From positions 762,833 through 826,832 of the forward strand of contig NW_005434652.1 of assembly GCF_000315625.1 (NCBI RefSeq): 64,000 nucleotides of DNA. The letters run 5' to 3'. This document shows positions 25,286 through 39,500 of this stretch, piece after piece. Every line of letters begins with the position of its first letter. Position 1 is the stretch's first letter. The stretch is from Guillardia theta CCMP2712. Lineage: Eukaryota; Protista; Cryptophyta. The position numbers were made by a program, and so were the translations under genes. The notes under the pieces are model-generated. The model was not told the DNA's origin. It was given only the letters and a program-made list of their open reading frames with translations, and made no database searches.

Positions 25286-27693
25286 ATGCAAAGATCGATG
25301 AACTTATGGAAATGTCCGTTCCTTCCGTCGCTGAAGAGAATGACAGGTGGATGCTCGCAGACCAGAGTAAGAGTCGATGCATCCCTGTCCATTCACAGGC
25401 AATCGCGATCCAGCTTTTTTCAGACTGATCTTCGCGCTCCGAGGACTCAGCTCTTCAGGAGCTTCTCCTCTGAAGCGAAAGTTAATGATAACCTTCGAAA
25501 CATTGCAGTCATTGCGCACGTTGATCATGGAAAAACTACTCTCGTTGACAAGCTGATTCAGCAATGTGGTGGTAAGACAGAGAATGAGAGGTGCATGGAT
25601 TCACTCGATCTGGAGAAGGAGCGCGGCATCACCATCATGGCCAAATGCACGAGCATGATGTGGAAGGATAAGAAGCTGAACTTAGTCGACACTCCCGGCC
25701 ACGCAGACTTTGGAGGAGAAGTGGAGCGAGTGATGTCGATGATTGATGGAGTGCTCCTCCTGGTTGATGCTGCTGAGGGCCCAATGGCACAAACCAAATT
25801 CGTGCTCGGAAAATCTCTTGCACGTGGATTGCGGCCAATCGTCGTAATCAATAAAGTCGACAAGGATAGCAGCAGGGTCAGGGAAGTAGAAAATGAAGTT
25901 TTTGATTTGTTCAGCTCGTTGGACGCAAGTGAGGACCAGCTGGACTTTCCGATCGTCTATGCTTCTGGAAGAAGTGGCTGGGCAGATCTTGTACAAGATG
26001 GTCCAAGGCAAGATATGTCTGCTCTCCTAGATTTGATAGTCAGTCACGTTCCTCCACCGAAAGGGGATGTGACAGCTGCATTTTCCATGAGCGTGACCAT
26101 GTTAAGCTCTGATACCTTTCTTGGAAGACTTCTGATTGGCCGGATACATTCAGGAGTCGCGAAAGTGAATGATCCTATCCATGCTTTGAACATGGCGGGT
26201 CAGAAGATCGAGCAAGGAAGAATCACAAAAATCTTGTACAGGGAGGGAGAACAAGGAATTTTGCCCCTTGAAAGTGCGAGTGCTGGAGACATCATTCAGC
26301 TAGCAGGCTTGTCAAAGGCGTCAATCAGCGACACAATCTGCTCTGTAGAAGTAGAGAAGCCTCTGGAAACAATTGCCATCGATCCTCCAACTGTTTGCAT
26401 GACCTTCAGTCCGAATGATTCTCCATTGGCCGGAAAAGATGGCAACAAATTGACTTCTCAACTTATCCTTGAGAGATTGCAAAAAGAAGCGGAAAACAAT
26501 GTCAGTATTCAGGTTGGAACTCTGGTCCCCGGATGTGCACGAATGGTGTAACTGTTCTTGTTATTCGTAGGTCAAACGAAAGGAAGGTGCGGGGGAAAGT
26601 TTTGAAGTTTACGGAAGAGGAGAACTGCAGTTGGGAATTTTGTTGGAAAACATGAGACGGGAGGGTTTTGAGTTGTCTGTTTCTCCTCCTCAGGTTATTT
26701 GTGTTACAAATGCCTCTTCTATTTCATACACTCATTCTTATGCAAAGGTTGTCTTCAAAGAAGAGAATGGCGTGAAATTGGAGCCAATTGAAGAAGTTGT
26801 CATTGAAGTTGATGATGAATTTGTTGGAAGTGTCGTCAACAAATTGACAGCCCGCAAAGGCGTGGTTTGTGGTATGCGATATTATATGCTCGTAAGTGGC
26901 ATAACGTTATCCTCCCCAGAGATGAAAGAGAGCAATGAGAAGGGCCGGACTCGAATTCGAATGAATGTTCCTACCCGTGGCTTGCTGGGATACAGATCGA
27001 TCTTTTTCACCGACACTAGGTCGGTTGTCCCTTGCCCCTTGATGGCTCTGAGCACTTTTCACAGAGGTACTGGGATTTTGACAAGAATTTATCTGGAGCA
27101 TCAAAAATACCTCGGCAATATCGACAACATGAGGAAGGGCGTGCTCGTTTCCATGGCTACAGGTGATTTGATATTAGGAATCTTCTCTGTTCTGAACTAG
27201 ACCAGGCAAGACAACAGAGTATTCGCTCAAGGATTTAGAAGCTCGCGGAACATTGATTGTTGGTCCGCGTGTCGAAGTATATTGTGGAATGATATTTGGA
27301 GAACACTCGAAGGTCATTAGCTGCCTCGTTGTCCTCCATGTTCTGACAGCAGCTCCGATGCCCCACAGGAAACTGATTTGGATGCAAATCCCACCAAGAC
27401 CAAACACGTCTGTCGCATATTGAGATATTTGCTTCGCCAATGACATGGTGCAGGTGTCAAATGTGCGAACAACTGATGGCAAAGATGATCTCGTTCAGCT
27501 CAAAGCGCCTCGTAAATTCAACCTTGAGGAGTGTCTTTCGTATATCATGGAGGTGAGATTTTTTCACCTGAAGGCCTAAGTACTCATCCCAACTCAGGAC
27601 GAGGTGCTCGAAGTGACACCGAATGCCCTCCGGATGCGCAAGAAAGAGCTTGACCCAGGCAAACGGCAGAGGGCGTCAAAGAACAAGAAATGA
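25286..27693 (+). CDS. typA: Organellar (probably mitochondrial) translational GTPase TypA/BipA, multi-exon
   Basis: LRNIAVIAHVDHGKTTL, EKERGITI, DTPGHADFGGEVER, NKVD, GRGELQLGILLENMRREGFEL, PTRGLLGYRS, EVTPNALRMRK; N-terminal extension. Confidence 0.95.
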
Positions 27694-27874
27694 GGGGATG
27701 CACGCTCATTAGTAGTCACACTTGTTGTTCTTGCGAATACATTTTGGCTGGGATCTTTTTTCAAGATTTACTTTTGGGAAAGTTTTCTATAAATGCAAGT
27801 TAAAGAAAGTATTCTGTAAGACTTGGGATCTGGCAGCAGACGTACTTGGTAGATATTGTTTTGGTTTCTCTCTT

Positions 27875-28144
27875 TCAATGTTTATGTTTCTTCTCTGGAC
27901 TGGTCCTGGAAGCAGGGAGATCATTGCTGACTGATCGCTTCATGTTTCGAGCATCTCTATCTTTGAGCGCTGCACGAAATCGTAGAAGCAAAAAGTTTGT
28001 TTTGTCCGTCGTGATAATCTGGTCTGTGGGGGGGGACGTATCATGAGTTGCATAATACGCCTGAGGGTTCTTGGTTCGATGCTTGCCTCTGTGCATCTTA
28101 GAAAACATTCCATTCGATGGAAGATCATCCAGAAGAGATCCCAT
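27875..28144 (-). CDS. DDA1: DET1- and DDB1-associated protein 1 (CRL4 subunit)
   Basis: MGSLLDDLPSNGMFSK...YYATHDTSPPTDQIITTDKTNFLLL resembles the DDA1 signature (human LKGLP..NFSR..YLPT..PSEQIIVTEKTNILL, recalled). An upstream ATG at 28162 is also possible. Confidence 0.8.
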   Translation of the reverse strand: MGSLLDDLPSNGMFSKMHRGKHRTKNPQAYYATHDTSPPTDQIITTDKTNFLLLRFRAALKDRDARNMKRSVSNDLPASRTSPEKKHKH

Positions 28145-28597
28145 GTCAGAGCACTTGTCCAATCTGACGTCCCAGCTCGGTTTCTATTCCAGTTGACAGT
28201 TGCAGCTCCTCGTTCCTCTAGCTTCCCCTTCAGTCAACCTCTTATCCTCTTACTTTCGCTTCTCCTGTCTGCTTCCTCCTCCTCTCCTACCTCTCTCCTT
28301 CAGCTCCTCTCCTTCACTCCTCGACTTTCTCCTGCCTTCTCCCCGTTCTCGACTCTTCTCACTTGTGTCGAGGTTGCTTCTCTTTACCACGGTACCCCTA
28401 CCCACTCCTTCTCACCAACATCCTCACCAATTATGACCCCTACCCCCCCAATTACATGTCTCGTCCGATCATCACTCTCCCTCCCAGAGTTCCACTACCA
28501 CCCCCTACCCCTTAGAAAGTGACGAGCACAAACCGTTGAATAACCGTTAAAAATTCTGGAAACGTAAGCAGGGGGATGAGGGTTTAGGAGGGGCGAA

Positions 28598-31500
28598 ATG
28601 GCGGGCGAATGGCAGGCAGGGATGATGGCTGGCTACCAAGGCGGAGCCGGAGGAAGGAGAGGAGAGAAGACGAAAAAGGTGAAAGTGATCGCTTCAGTGA
28701 AGAGTTTGCAACAAGCAGACCAGGATGATCTTATTCTTGTTGAATGGAATGGCAAGCGGAAGCAGGTAAAATCAAGCCTCTTGTTCCGAATCGAAGAAAA
28801 CGAGTCAGTCTTGAATGAGACAGCTGAGGCTCGCTGGAGAAGCAGCAGTTTTGAATCGCATTGGCTTGCTGAAATTATTGAGAGATCATCTGAGAGACTA
28901 AGCCCCTTGCTCAAAGGTAAGATCAATTCCGCTGGGCATGCCTGTGACTCTCTATTTGAATCAGAGTCGCATGGGAAATTGCACTCCATTTCCGATGGAT
29001 CGCTGTCATCGCATTCGCGCAGAATGAACGTTGGATCAAGATTGCCCTTGTTTCAACAAGACATGAAGAGAGTGAGAAAGAAAAAGTTGCAGGATCAACA
29101 TTCGACCAACATCACAATTGTGAAGAGAAGGCAGAATGATCTGCCGAGAGCTTCCGTAACATCAATTGAGAAATCCCCCAGTCAAGTGGTTGCTCAAAAC
29201 CTCGACATGGCATTGGAGTCTTGTTTCAGCCCTGAACCTGATACTGTCAAGGTCTCAAAATCCAGACCATCAGGTGTCTTGGTCAACAAAATTGAAACGA
29301 AAGAAAAATACCTGAATTCTCTCGATGCATCCACGGAGAACGTTAGCATGAACAAACTGAGCTCTAAATCTATTGTCATCAAAGATGGGCATCCCGATAG
29401 TAGCAAGGTTTTGAATCGGGGTAGCTCCAAAGGTCCGCGAATTCATCATGATACGAACAACGCAAGTGACACAACTTCAACAACTGTAAACTGTAAGGAA
29501 CCTTCCAAAAAAGACAAAGAATGCTCAAAGCTTGTGCAAAAAATTGTTGAAAATCAAACGAAAGAAAAAGTAGATCTCCGTGGTCGATTCTTCGATATCA
29601 ATCAGCTACGGAATGTCTTTGAAGCTCTTGTTTCGAATCAGTCTTGCACAAGCCTTGATCTGAGATGTTGCATGATACGAAATACTGGCTGTAAGGAATT
29701 GTGCAGACGTCTGTTACAGCATGGATGCAATTTGCGATGGATAGATTTGGCTGAAAATGATCTTACAGAGGTTTGTATCCCAGATCTTCTGGAATCACTG
29801 AGAAATTCGCCTTTGATCTGGTACATTGATCTTCGTTCGAATGCAATCTCCCACAATGCTTTGAAAGACATTGAACGATTTCTGACGGCATTCCCCCGAA
29901 ACCTTGAGGGTAAGAGAAGAAAGATAGAATTGGATTCAATCGTACTGGAAGGAGGCCAGGCCGAAGATTTATCGATGGATGACGAATCAGATGATTCTCT
30001 CCATAGTGTGGACATGGAGGCGAGATCTTCATGTGCAGATGACTTTGACGAAGAGTTTCATGAAAAAGATCTGGAAGAAGAGAGTCATGATATGTGTCAC
30101 TCTGGCATGGTCAGTGATGGTCGCGCTGATGATGAAATTGAACCGGAAATCCCTGCTTTCTTTCAACCCCGCAATTCGCTGAAAGAGAATTTCAATGTGG
30201 TCGATAAAGTCCATCAGCAAAAAAATTATCTGCAACCCCCTCAATTTAAGAAGAGCTCTTTGTCCATTGGAAAGGGCCAAAGAAACCTGAAGCTTAAAAA
30301 AAGCCGTCTTCCAAATCAATCTCGAAATGCCCACAAGGATGTTACCAAGAACTCATCGGAATCAAATGAGACTGATGTCTGGTTGTCACTTTGGGATAAA
30401 AAATGTGCAAAAATGGCTAAAAAGTCAAAGAAAAGAATTAGCACCTCATCTAGATCAACAGGCTCAAACAATTCTTTTCCGGCCGCTTATGGCGTCGGAT
30501 CTTTGATCCCACCTTCAAAGATTAGACAACCCACTGCTAGAGGGCAACCGCTTCACGATGACCAAAGCCAAATGTCTATGAAGGATGATTTGAGTCAGCC
30601 TTCTACAACTGATGATCGCCAGTCATTTCAGGTTCAGATTCAAGAAAGCTCAAACAACTCAAGAACACCTCACAGGTTGGATCTTTGTGGAATTGTGTTG
30701 CTTCACTTTAACTAACAAAATTCTCAGCAATGTCGATCAGCCCTTGAAGTGCCGTATACAGACATCTTTTCCACGGAAACTTCCATTTGAATCCTTGAAA
30801 GTGATGTTTGATTGTGCAAAGGTTGGCAAAAAACTGCTCAATCCTATTTGGATTTCTGTCTCGAGATTGAATTCAAATTCACAAACTTCAGCCCCTGAAT
30901 TGCTTGATGAAGGGAAAATTAGGGCAGGATTCAGGAAATGCGAGGAAATCTTTGGAAATTTGCGCAGGGAGAAACCTGTGTCAGATGACAGGGTTTCACC
31001 CGAATCAATTTCCGATTGTCATTTATTCTTTCAGAACGTCACACACACATTGCAAAGCTTTGCATCACGAAATATTTGTAACCTCGCACGAGCTGGTTTG
31101 AAAAGAGAAATTCTAAGAGGGATTGATCACCTTTTCACAGATAATGGCAATGTCTACGATGCTTTGAATAATGGGACTTTGTTTGAATGGTGTAAAATCT
31201 ACTGCATATTTTTCAATTTTTGTTTGCGATGGCTTAAGGAAATTGATTCCTGGGAGGTGCTGGTAAGCGAAAATATATCAGGGATGGAAGACTTTGGGTT
31301 TTTGCTAAACCGGTACAGCTTTTCCAAACTTGTAGAACGACTGTTGAGAACATTTTTGTACGTACTTGCTGAACCATCTCTTGGCCGCAGATTTGAAAAC
31401 ATGATCGGTGCAAGATTAAAGCATGGACCACATGAATTGCTAACAGGGCAATATGCAAGCATAGAATGCATTTTGCAGTTGTGGTCAGAAGTAATTCTTT

Positions 31501-34500
31501 TCCTGGACGAAGAACCTTGTGGATATTGGAGGAAATTGCAAGAAATCGTCAATGATCATCGCATCGAAAGCAAGGTTGCTTCACAATTCACGTTACCTCA
31601 TCTGCGGGAAAGGCCAAGAGCTTCACAATGCATCAAATATCTTCACAGCCTCAATTCGACTGATTACAAAACTTGTGTTCGGGAAGAGGCAATGGAATTC
31701 TGGTGGCTATCGCTTTTTTTTTCCATAATTGTGTACTATCTATTCGATGTCCCTCGTCAGCCTGCTTGGGATTTCCTGTCTTTTCTACTCTCAAATTCTC
31801 CATTAGTTGGTGATATGAATGATGCTTCATACGAAGATGGCTCCCTGTTTGGGGTAGATCTGTTCCGAAGTCACCAATGTAAGGGATTGTATGAAGCTGA
31901 ATTGATAGATCGGTGCTCAGTGTGCATGACATTATGGCCTTTCTGCGATGAGGAAGGCAGAGCAACTTTCTCGAATCTCAAATTGATACGTGAAATCAAT
32001 GTGCAGACGTATCATGTAAATGCGAGCAGTCGTCGAGGATTGATTTCGGAGCTTTGGAGGATTTTGAACATGGAAAAAGGAACAGGAACAGATTTCAGTG
32101 GTCGAAATTATCATGCTTCCCCTGCTGATTTCCAGTACTTAGGAAAACTTCCGAATGACTATCCTTTTGATGTTCAAAACAAAACATGCCGTGGTTCCAC
32201 GGTTTGCTCTAACCTTGTAAGCCTGATTCAAAATATTGTGCTCAGAACACAAGGCCTTGACCACAAGACAGCTGTTGCCTGCAAAAATGAGTATATTTCT
32301 GGATTTGTCAAAATGTAAGTAGCGATCTGTTCCTGCGGGTGTATGACACTTAGAAACAGGTACAGTTCCATGGTTGCAGGATTGTGCAAGTCGACTTTTC
32401 TTATCGGAGGGGATGCAGATCATGAAAGCTGCAATGCTGTACGGTGTCAAAGTTCCATTGAAGCTGAAAAATTCAGAAGCAGTGTCCTTCTGCTATGCAC
32501 TATTGCTTTGCTTGCTCCAGAACAAGGTTCTGTAAACTTTTCAAGCATATCGTCAAAATTGACTGCAATGGTATATATTCCCGCGCAAGTGAATATGTAT
32601 TGGGATCAGGACACCAAAGCGATAGAAAGAAACTTCGATATCAGAAGCACACTTGTAAGTTCAATGAGTCATCTGACAAAGATGAGATTGCAAAAAGGTC
32701 ATTCTGCTACTTTGCTTCTCAACTTCTTGTCAAGATTGTTGAAATTTGGGTTGATGGAAGTCAATTGCAAGAGTGAAATGTCAGCGCCGATTCCACATCC
32801 CAGCATTGTTCTTTCAAGACCGCACATACCAGCGAAAGATGCCAGTGCAGCTAACACCTTTGAATTGACTCTGAAGCATAAATCACGTTCGCTGATGACA
32901 GCCATTCTAAAGGTGTTCACGGAGATTACAGATCTTTCCTTCAAGTTTTTGACAAAGAATTCGATCGTGGGTGGTAGACTCAATGAGAAGTTGAGTGAGT
33001 TTCTCAATGAACTCTCATCGGTATATGGCGTTGAAACACAGAAAGTTCTTGCGAATTTTGGCGATGATCGCGAGAACAGTAAGGACGTGGACGAAGCAAT
33101 CACAGATCTATTTCAGTCAGTCATCACAAATGTGAATCATATGAATCATGTTGTCTTTGACGCTGTCAAAACAAATCAAAATGAAGAAGATGAATCGATG
33201 GATCACGACGATTTTTGGGATGTCATTGCGTGTGATGCGGATACTTCCCTGCAAATGAGTAGAGGGATAGTTAAAAAGCTCCATCCGTGTTCCAAGATTT
33301 TATCTACTTGCTTAAACAAAATGAAGAACTTCAGCGAAAATGATATTCGAAGGATCAAGGTATGCAGGTTGTATGGTGAGCTATCAGTTCTCCTATTGAG
33401 ACACGGGCATCTTGAGTGGAATGACTGCAAATTCTATTTCACACAAAGCAATTCATTTGAAATCCGCAGGAGTGTTGCATTGACTTGGAAATTCTTCATC
33501 CAAGGGCTCAAATACCCTCTTGACTTGTGGATTGACATCACCTTTCAAGATTTGTTGCAGATGTGGTTCATTTTCATGTGTGACAGAAGAACGTATATGT
33601 TCAAACCTACCAGCAACACTTTCTTTATCAAAGACCTTCAACAAGAGTTGACCTACATCATCTCAAATTTGCGGGTGGTTCCTTTCATGCAGGATTGTTT
33701 TCGCAACATTCTATCCATCCCAAATGGCCGAACGGAAGCTCTGTTCGAAAACGAGGGATTCATGGATAGGTTATCAGTGATCAAGCATTTCCTCGAGAAT
33801 ATTGCCGGCCATAATTCTCAGAAATATCATGATATTTTCAATGAATGGATTCAGGTGTTGAGGAAGGAATTGTTCATGATTGAAGGAAGTGACAAGGTAG
33901 ATTTCATGATATTTGCCTTCGAAATCTTGTCAAGAGTGCTGCCGATATCAGCGGAACGATTGCATGCTTGCAGTACAATCCACAAATCAAATGGAAGCAC
34001 TCTACTGCTTGACCTGCACGAAATGCTTTTTTCCAATTTTGATCAGTCGAAGTCCAATGATGGTTTCACCGAAATTCAGATGAGCAAGATTGCAAATGCT
34101 CAAGCAAGATGCATTCCATTCTTTTTACAGGGATTGTTGAAGATGAATAATTGTTTTCAGAACAAAAGATTGGAGAAAATTATGATGACTCTTTTGCGTG
34201 ATTCTCTTGAATCGGGGATTGAACTGGTACAGACACAGACAGTATTGTTTTTCAATCAAAGTCATAGTTTTGAGCACTGGTGTCCGGATGATTTCATTCA
34301 AAGTTTGTTCTTTAATCATATCCTTGAATTTGTTGTGGTTGATCGCGAAGCTAAGGACAAGGAGACATCCTTTGAGGTTCCAAACTTTTTGTTGACTGCA
34401 AACCAGTTGGGGCGGAGGTTATTCGTTTCCATGATTGCTCAAATGTTAAATCGTTGTATCTTGGCAACAGCAATGGATGGGACTGTGAAAAGTGCAAGAC

Positions 34501-35057
34501 TGAGCGTGCTCAGGACTCTCCACATGTTACTAAAACTGTTAGTCCAAACATCTCCAGAATGTTTGGAGACCGGGCATGTCGAAGACATTCCGGTATTGAT
34601 GAAAGAATGTCTCGTTTATGCTTCCTTCTTGTGCGTCAGAAAATTCATGGAATTGTTCGGCAGAGAGCTGGTCTTAGGTTCGGCATACCTCGACGAGACG
34701 TTCGCGACCATTAGGGAGAAATTGATGAAGACCAGTCAGCAGATGACTCGACTGCCAGTGCTCTCCCAATCCGTCGAACCTTCTGGACCTCAAGGCAGGC
34801 AGACACCTTGCCGAGAGCTCCTCGAGGTTTTGTTTTGGCTGCAGCAAATGGACGATGATTGTCACGAGGTCGTGCTTGAGCTTCTTCCAGCCCTCGCCAG
34901 CTGCTTCAGTGGAACATGCGAAGCAGATTCACACGACATCGCACTGAGCTCTGCTTTTCAACATTTCCTCAGCCGCCTCCGAATCCAAGGTCATGAATTC
35001 TTCCATCCTAACGATCAGGAGAAAATTCGGAACGTCAATCAACTTCTTTTGATCTGA
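28598..35057 (+). CDS. ~2100-aa protein: disordered N-terminus, RNI-type LRRs, long helical region resembling MMS22L/Mus7
   Basis: Three ORFs joined by GT-AG introns near 30675-30727 and 32316-32359. LRRs VDLRGRFF, CTSLDLRCCMIRNTGC, LRWIDLAENDL, IWYIDLRSNAI. The helical part with EFWWL, WDFLSFLL, LIDRCSVCMTLWP..LISELWRIL is MMS22L-like by recall only. Confidence 0.6.
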
Positions 35058-35272
35058 TTTAATGAATTCACAAAAACACTAACAAACTACAGTGCGCGTA
35101 CGGACGGCATAGAAGCATTATTCCTACACATCGGAATATTGTCTCATGTATGAATTGCATTGAAAATACATAAACATTCATCTTCACCAGAAAAGATGAG
35201 TGAAAATCGATTCAACAGCAACCAGCAATCTATTTGCGCTTTGGTATGCGACGATGTCCTGTTACAAACGTG

Positions 35273-35974
35273 TCAGCGTGACGGTTTCTTTGTTCCGACA
35301 TGCTTACGAGAGAAGGAGTAACTTTGCGATGACTCTCCGCACGCTGCAGCAATAGCATTGTTCTGAAGACTTTCTTGTGTCACTGCATGTGCTAGCTTTG
35401 AAGGTACCAAGGTAGTGGGCTCAAGGAGCCGAGACACAAAAGCAGAAAAAAGGAAAATCTCAGCTGCCAAGGGAGTGATCATATTGCTTGCTCCGAAAGA
35501 CATGGCTGGACATACACGACGTCCAAATCCATGGATAGCATCCATGGAGAGAGATGAAGCTCGTTGTGACGTAATCGCAGCGAGAGGTTGCGCGAATGTC
35601 TGCCATGACCCAGGGATTGCAGCCTTCCATTTCCCCATAATCCATTCATGCCCGCGACCATACATTGAAATCGACACAACAGTACAAGCTAAGAGTGTGT
35701 ACGCACTGCTAAGAAAATTCATGCGCAAAGCAGGATTCATCATGGCTCGCAAGCCGTCCAAGAAGATTGCGGCAGCCCCTGCTCGTGCCATTGTTCTCAT
35801 CGCATCAAATTGCGCGTTCACACGGAGCTTCCTACCATGGCTCTCCATCATCAAGGACGGCATAGGGTGCATTGAAGAGCTCAATGGGCTTGAGGGCTTG
35901 AGGGCTGAGCTCAACTGCATGGCGGCCGCATGCTGCGCTGCTACTAGAACGAGAAGCACGAACAACCGCGCCAT
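35273..35974 (-). CDS. Hypothetical membrane protein with signal peptide and Ser-rich transit-like leader, single exon
   Basis: 233-aa ORF beginning MARLFVLLVLVAAQHAAA-MQLSSALKPSSPLSSS; several hydrophobic segments. Confidence 0.6.
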   Translation of the reverse strand: MARLFVLLVLVAAQHAAAMQLSSALKPSSPLSSSMHPMPSLMMESHGRKLRVNAQFDAMRTMARAGAAAIFLDGLRAMMNPALRMNFLSSAYTLLACTVVSISMYGRGHEWIMGKWKAAIPGSWQTFAQPLAAITSQRASSLSMDAIHGFGRRVCPAMSFGASNMITPLAAEIFLFSAFVSRLLEPTTLVPSKLAHAVTQESLQNNAIAAACGESSQSYSFSRKHVGTKKPSR

Positions 35975-36513
35975 GCCTGGAAAATATTTGAAATGATTGC
36001 TCTCTTTGAAAGAGCTGTGTAAAATTTCAAAATACTGGGGAAATGTTTCTATTCGGCAAAAAAATCTTGCAGGGGCGGATCGAGTGGGTGCAACATTTTG
36101 AAGACCATCGACCAGACAACAGATCTTATTTTTTAAAAATATTCTTGTACTGAAGTTTTAAAATACATTGATATATCAAATAGATTACTTATTTTCAACT
36201 TTTATTATATTTTAGATGTGGTTTGTGATGACTTTTTCTTTCATTCTCTATGTCATAACGAATGGCCGCATCCACGAGAAGATAGGGAAAGGGTGGTGAA
36301 GACAGTCAAAGTGAGGGGTACTTGTAGAAATCAGAGAAAAAGCTTGAGGTACCCCAAACGATGTCGGATAGAATTGAGATCGACTAGAGGTAGAGATGAA
36401 GGTTCAAGCATGGCGAAATGAGGTGATAAGGAAAGAGATAGACAGTAGGAGCTTGTTCACAGCCAGAGACGGAGCCAGATAAAGAAAGATCATGACATGT
36501 CCCACAGCAAACA

Positions 36514-39500
36514 TCATCCTTTAACCTTACGAAGTGCATTCGAAGCTGCCTTGTGCCCCCCCTGAGCTGCAATCTTCAAGTATGATATACCCTGCTTCTT
36601 TGACCTTGGCACGAGATGTCCTTCCAAGTACAGGTTTGCTAACATGTAGCTGCGAGCATTCAGAAAATGAAGCTGGTTTTCATCACTTTGATACCATGCT
36701 TCAGGGTGCCTCTGCTTGCATGCAACCTCTAGGAACGTAAGCCCTTCCTTCCTCGATTCAACGCTTGGCTCGTACTTGTCCTATAAAGCCCATCATGCAA
36801 ATTTAAACCCTCGAAACCGAGCGGACCTGAATGTAGATCTTTGCGAGCTCGTAAGCTGACAGAGAGTTAATGTGGTCGTCCGTGGAGGGATCCATGGCGG
36901 CCTTGAAGTACTTGACAGCCTGCGTTTGATTCACGCATGCGATAGAAGAATGTCTACCATGCACCAGGTCCATGTTTGCATCAACTCCGATGCCTTCCTT
37001 GTAGAAGCGACCCACTTCAAACTGCGTCACGCCCATCACTCCTCTGAGTCGACGAGCTCCAAAGTACCGTTGAATCTCGAATGCCTGCTTCTGCTGCAGC
37101 GAGAAGAAGTTCAAGCGCCTTTGCAAAATCCTGTAGCAAAGATCATTTGTCTCAGAAAGAAGGAGGAGGAAGCGAATTCCTGAACACAAGCGGTTCCATT
37201 GTAAAACATACAAGCCAAATTGTGCATTGCAAAAATACATCCAGTGTCTACACTTCTTCGAAGATAGTGTAACTGTTATGAAGTTAGACAGATTTGAAGC
37301 AACAAGCACGCTTATACCGCTAATTTTAGATCAGCTTCGTCTCGCGATGTTTGAAGAATACTTTGTGCCAGATCATTCAATGCCCTTCCGTGATTGCAAT
37401 CGAGATCCACAGCGTCCTGTTTTCAACTGGTCACCGATTGTTCCGCATTTCATGAACCACCTGAAAATATTTTCTTGCCATCCTTTCATCTTTTGGCATG
37501 ACTTCTCCGAGCTGTCATCTGACTATCACCTCATCACGATATCAAGGAGGAGCTCACACCGCGTAATATGTCCCCAAAGTGTAACACGCCTCTGCATCTC
37601 CTCTCTTTGCTCTCTTGCGTAGATCTTTGATTTCCTGCCAAACGAATTCAATATAGGAATTCAATTCTTGTAGATGCATGATCATAATATCGAATTTGAA
37701 AAAAAACCTCACTTCTTCCATTCTTTTCTTTGCTTCGAACGGAAATGAGAATTTCTCATAAGCGTCTTGAAATTCATTTTCTATCTCCAAACGGTCTTGT
37801 TCACCAAGATAGTAATCTTCTGCTTTAAATTCTGTCGAGCCTTATAGATTTGATTAGAACTTCTACACTGATTTCCGAGGTTGAATACTTTTCTTGCTGA
37901 TTTTCGTGTCGGCGACCTGTAATGATCAGGTTAAGTGTTTTTTTAAGGAACAAAGATTTTGTTGTATCAATACTTCCAAAGAATCCCTAAAATTCTCTGT
38001 AATCGGCAACACCTGCCACAAGCTTGTTGGCAAGAGCGTGATCAGCATGCAAGAGTCGCACAAGGAAATCATCATTCACGTCCTTGCGATGCAACAACAG
38101 ACTCTGGACAAAGCTTCAATGCTGGTTTCAAGAAGGCCTTGCAACGTACAGTTCCATTCAATTTTCTCAAGAAAGCTCCAAATCGATCGAATCCAAGCTC
38201 TTTCCATGGGCAGTCTTGGTCATATTTTTCCTGGTCGGAATTCTCTGCATCAAGATAAAAGTAATCAGCAATCATTCATAGACCTTCCAGTGGGTCCTAA
38301 GAGTTGCTGCCATGATTCCTTTAGGAAATCCGTTGACGAGATCGATCATCTACGAAGGGTCATAACAGGGATTCTCAAATTGCTTTCTCGACCTGTTTGT
38401 TCAAAGAGTCCGGAATAAAGATCTACCAAGCATTGAGAAGAGACTACAAAACGTTGAGACAATACCTGAGACGGAGATGTATTGTCCTTGTCGCTTTTGC
38501 CTCTCTTTCTGAAAAGATTTTCGAGCTGCATGATCTCTGTACGGTAAGGGTTTTGAGATGAGTCTAACAACCAAGAACCTCATCGTCATCATCCGGCTCC
38601 CGATTGTGATGTCCAGCTCCTTTGTCTTGAGGCAGTTGATTCTGCAAGAAGTCCCAGTAACCCAGCAGTCTCGTTTGATTCAATCAGCGGAGCTACATTG
38701 TCTGCTTGCACTCAAGTCAGTCACCATGTGCTGGTGCTTTCTTGTACCTTTGCTTCCACCAGCAATTTTGGAGCTCTTAGTGCCTTCCAGGTTGTAGCTT
38801 ATCAGAAAACCTCGAATGGTACGAACCAGACTTACGACAATCTTTTTCGTGCTTGACCGCAACGTCCTCTACTCACAAGTATGTAACCAGCAGGAGAGAT
38901 GCGATCCATCTCTTACCTGAGGAGAACCTCTTGGAACAGTATTCACACTCAAACATGGACTTTGAACATGACTCTTGTTCGTCACACGCCTGGAATTTGC
39001 AAGCAGACATCATGTGAATCTTTGATCTGTGAGGATGGACAGACCTCCCGTTTGACAGTGTCCCAATTCAGCTGCTGAATTTGGCTCGAACCGTCATCGA
39101 ACACTTCGTTCTTGAATGGATGGCTCGATTCCGTATCTGTCTCCTGAAGTACAAGATATCAGCAAGGATGGAGTATGGAGTTTAGAAAAATCACGTTATA
39201 GTACTGGGCACCGTACATTGTTTCCATCAGCTTCTGGTGTTCCTCTAAAGACGCAAACATCAATGTTTTAGACAAATCCATCAAAGGTATGCCTTCGTCA
39301 AAATCAGAAGCTTCTTCGATCTGTTCACCGGAATGAGATGTGACATCGCTACAGCAAACTCCCCGCAATCACCTCTTTCAATGCTTTCTTCACTGCAGCA
39401 TTCTTTATTCCTCTTCCAGCACCTGTTCTTCAACGTCACGTGCGATGATAAATTCTTCCCATTCATTCTACTCTGCCGGATCTCTTTCTCCATGTCATGA

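Noticed and set aside
35415-35996. 193-aa plus-strand ORF
   Set aside because: Antisense to the signal-peptide-bearing 233-aa ORF and starts at a non-ATG codon.
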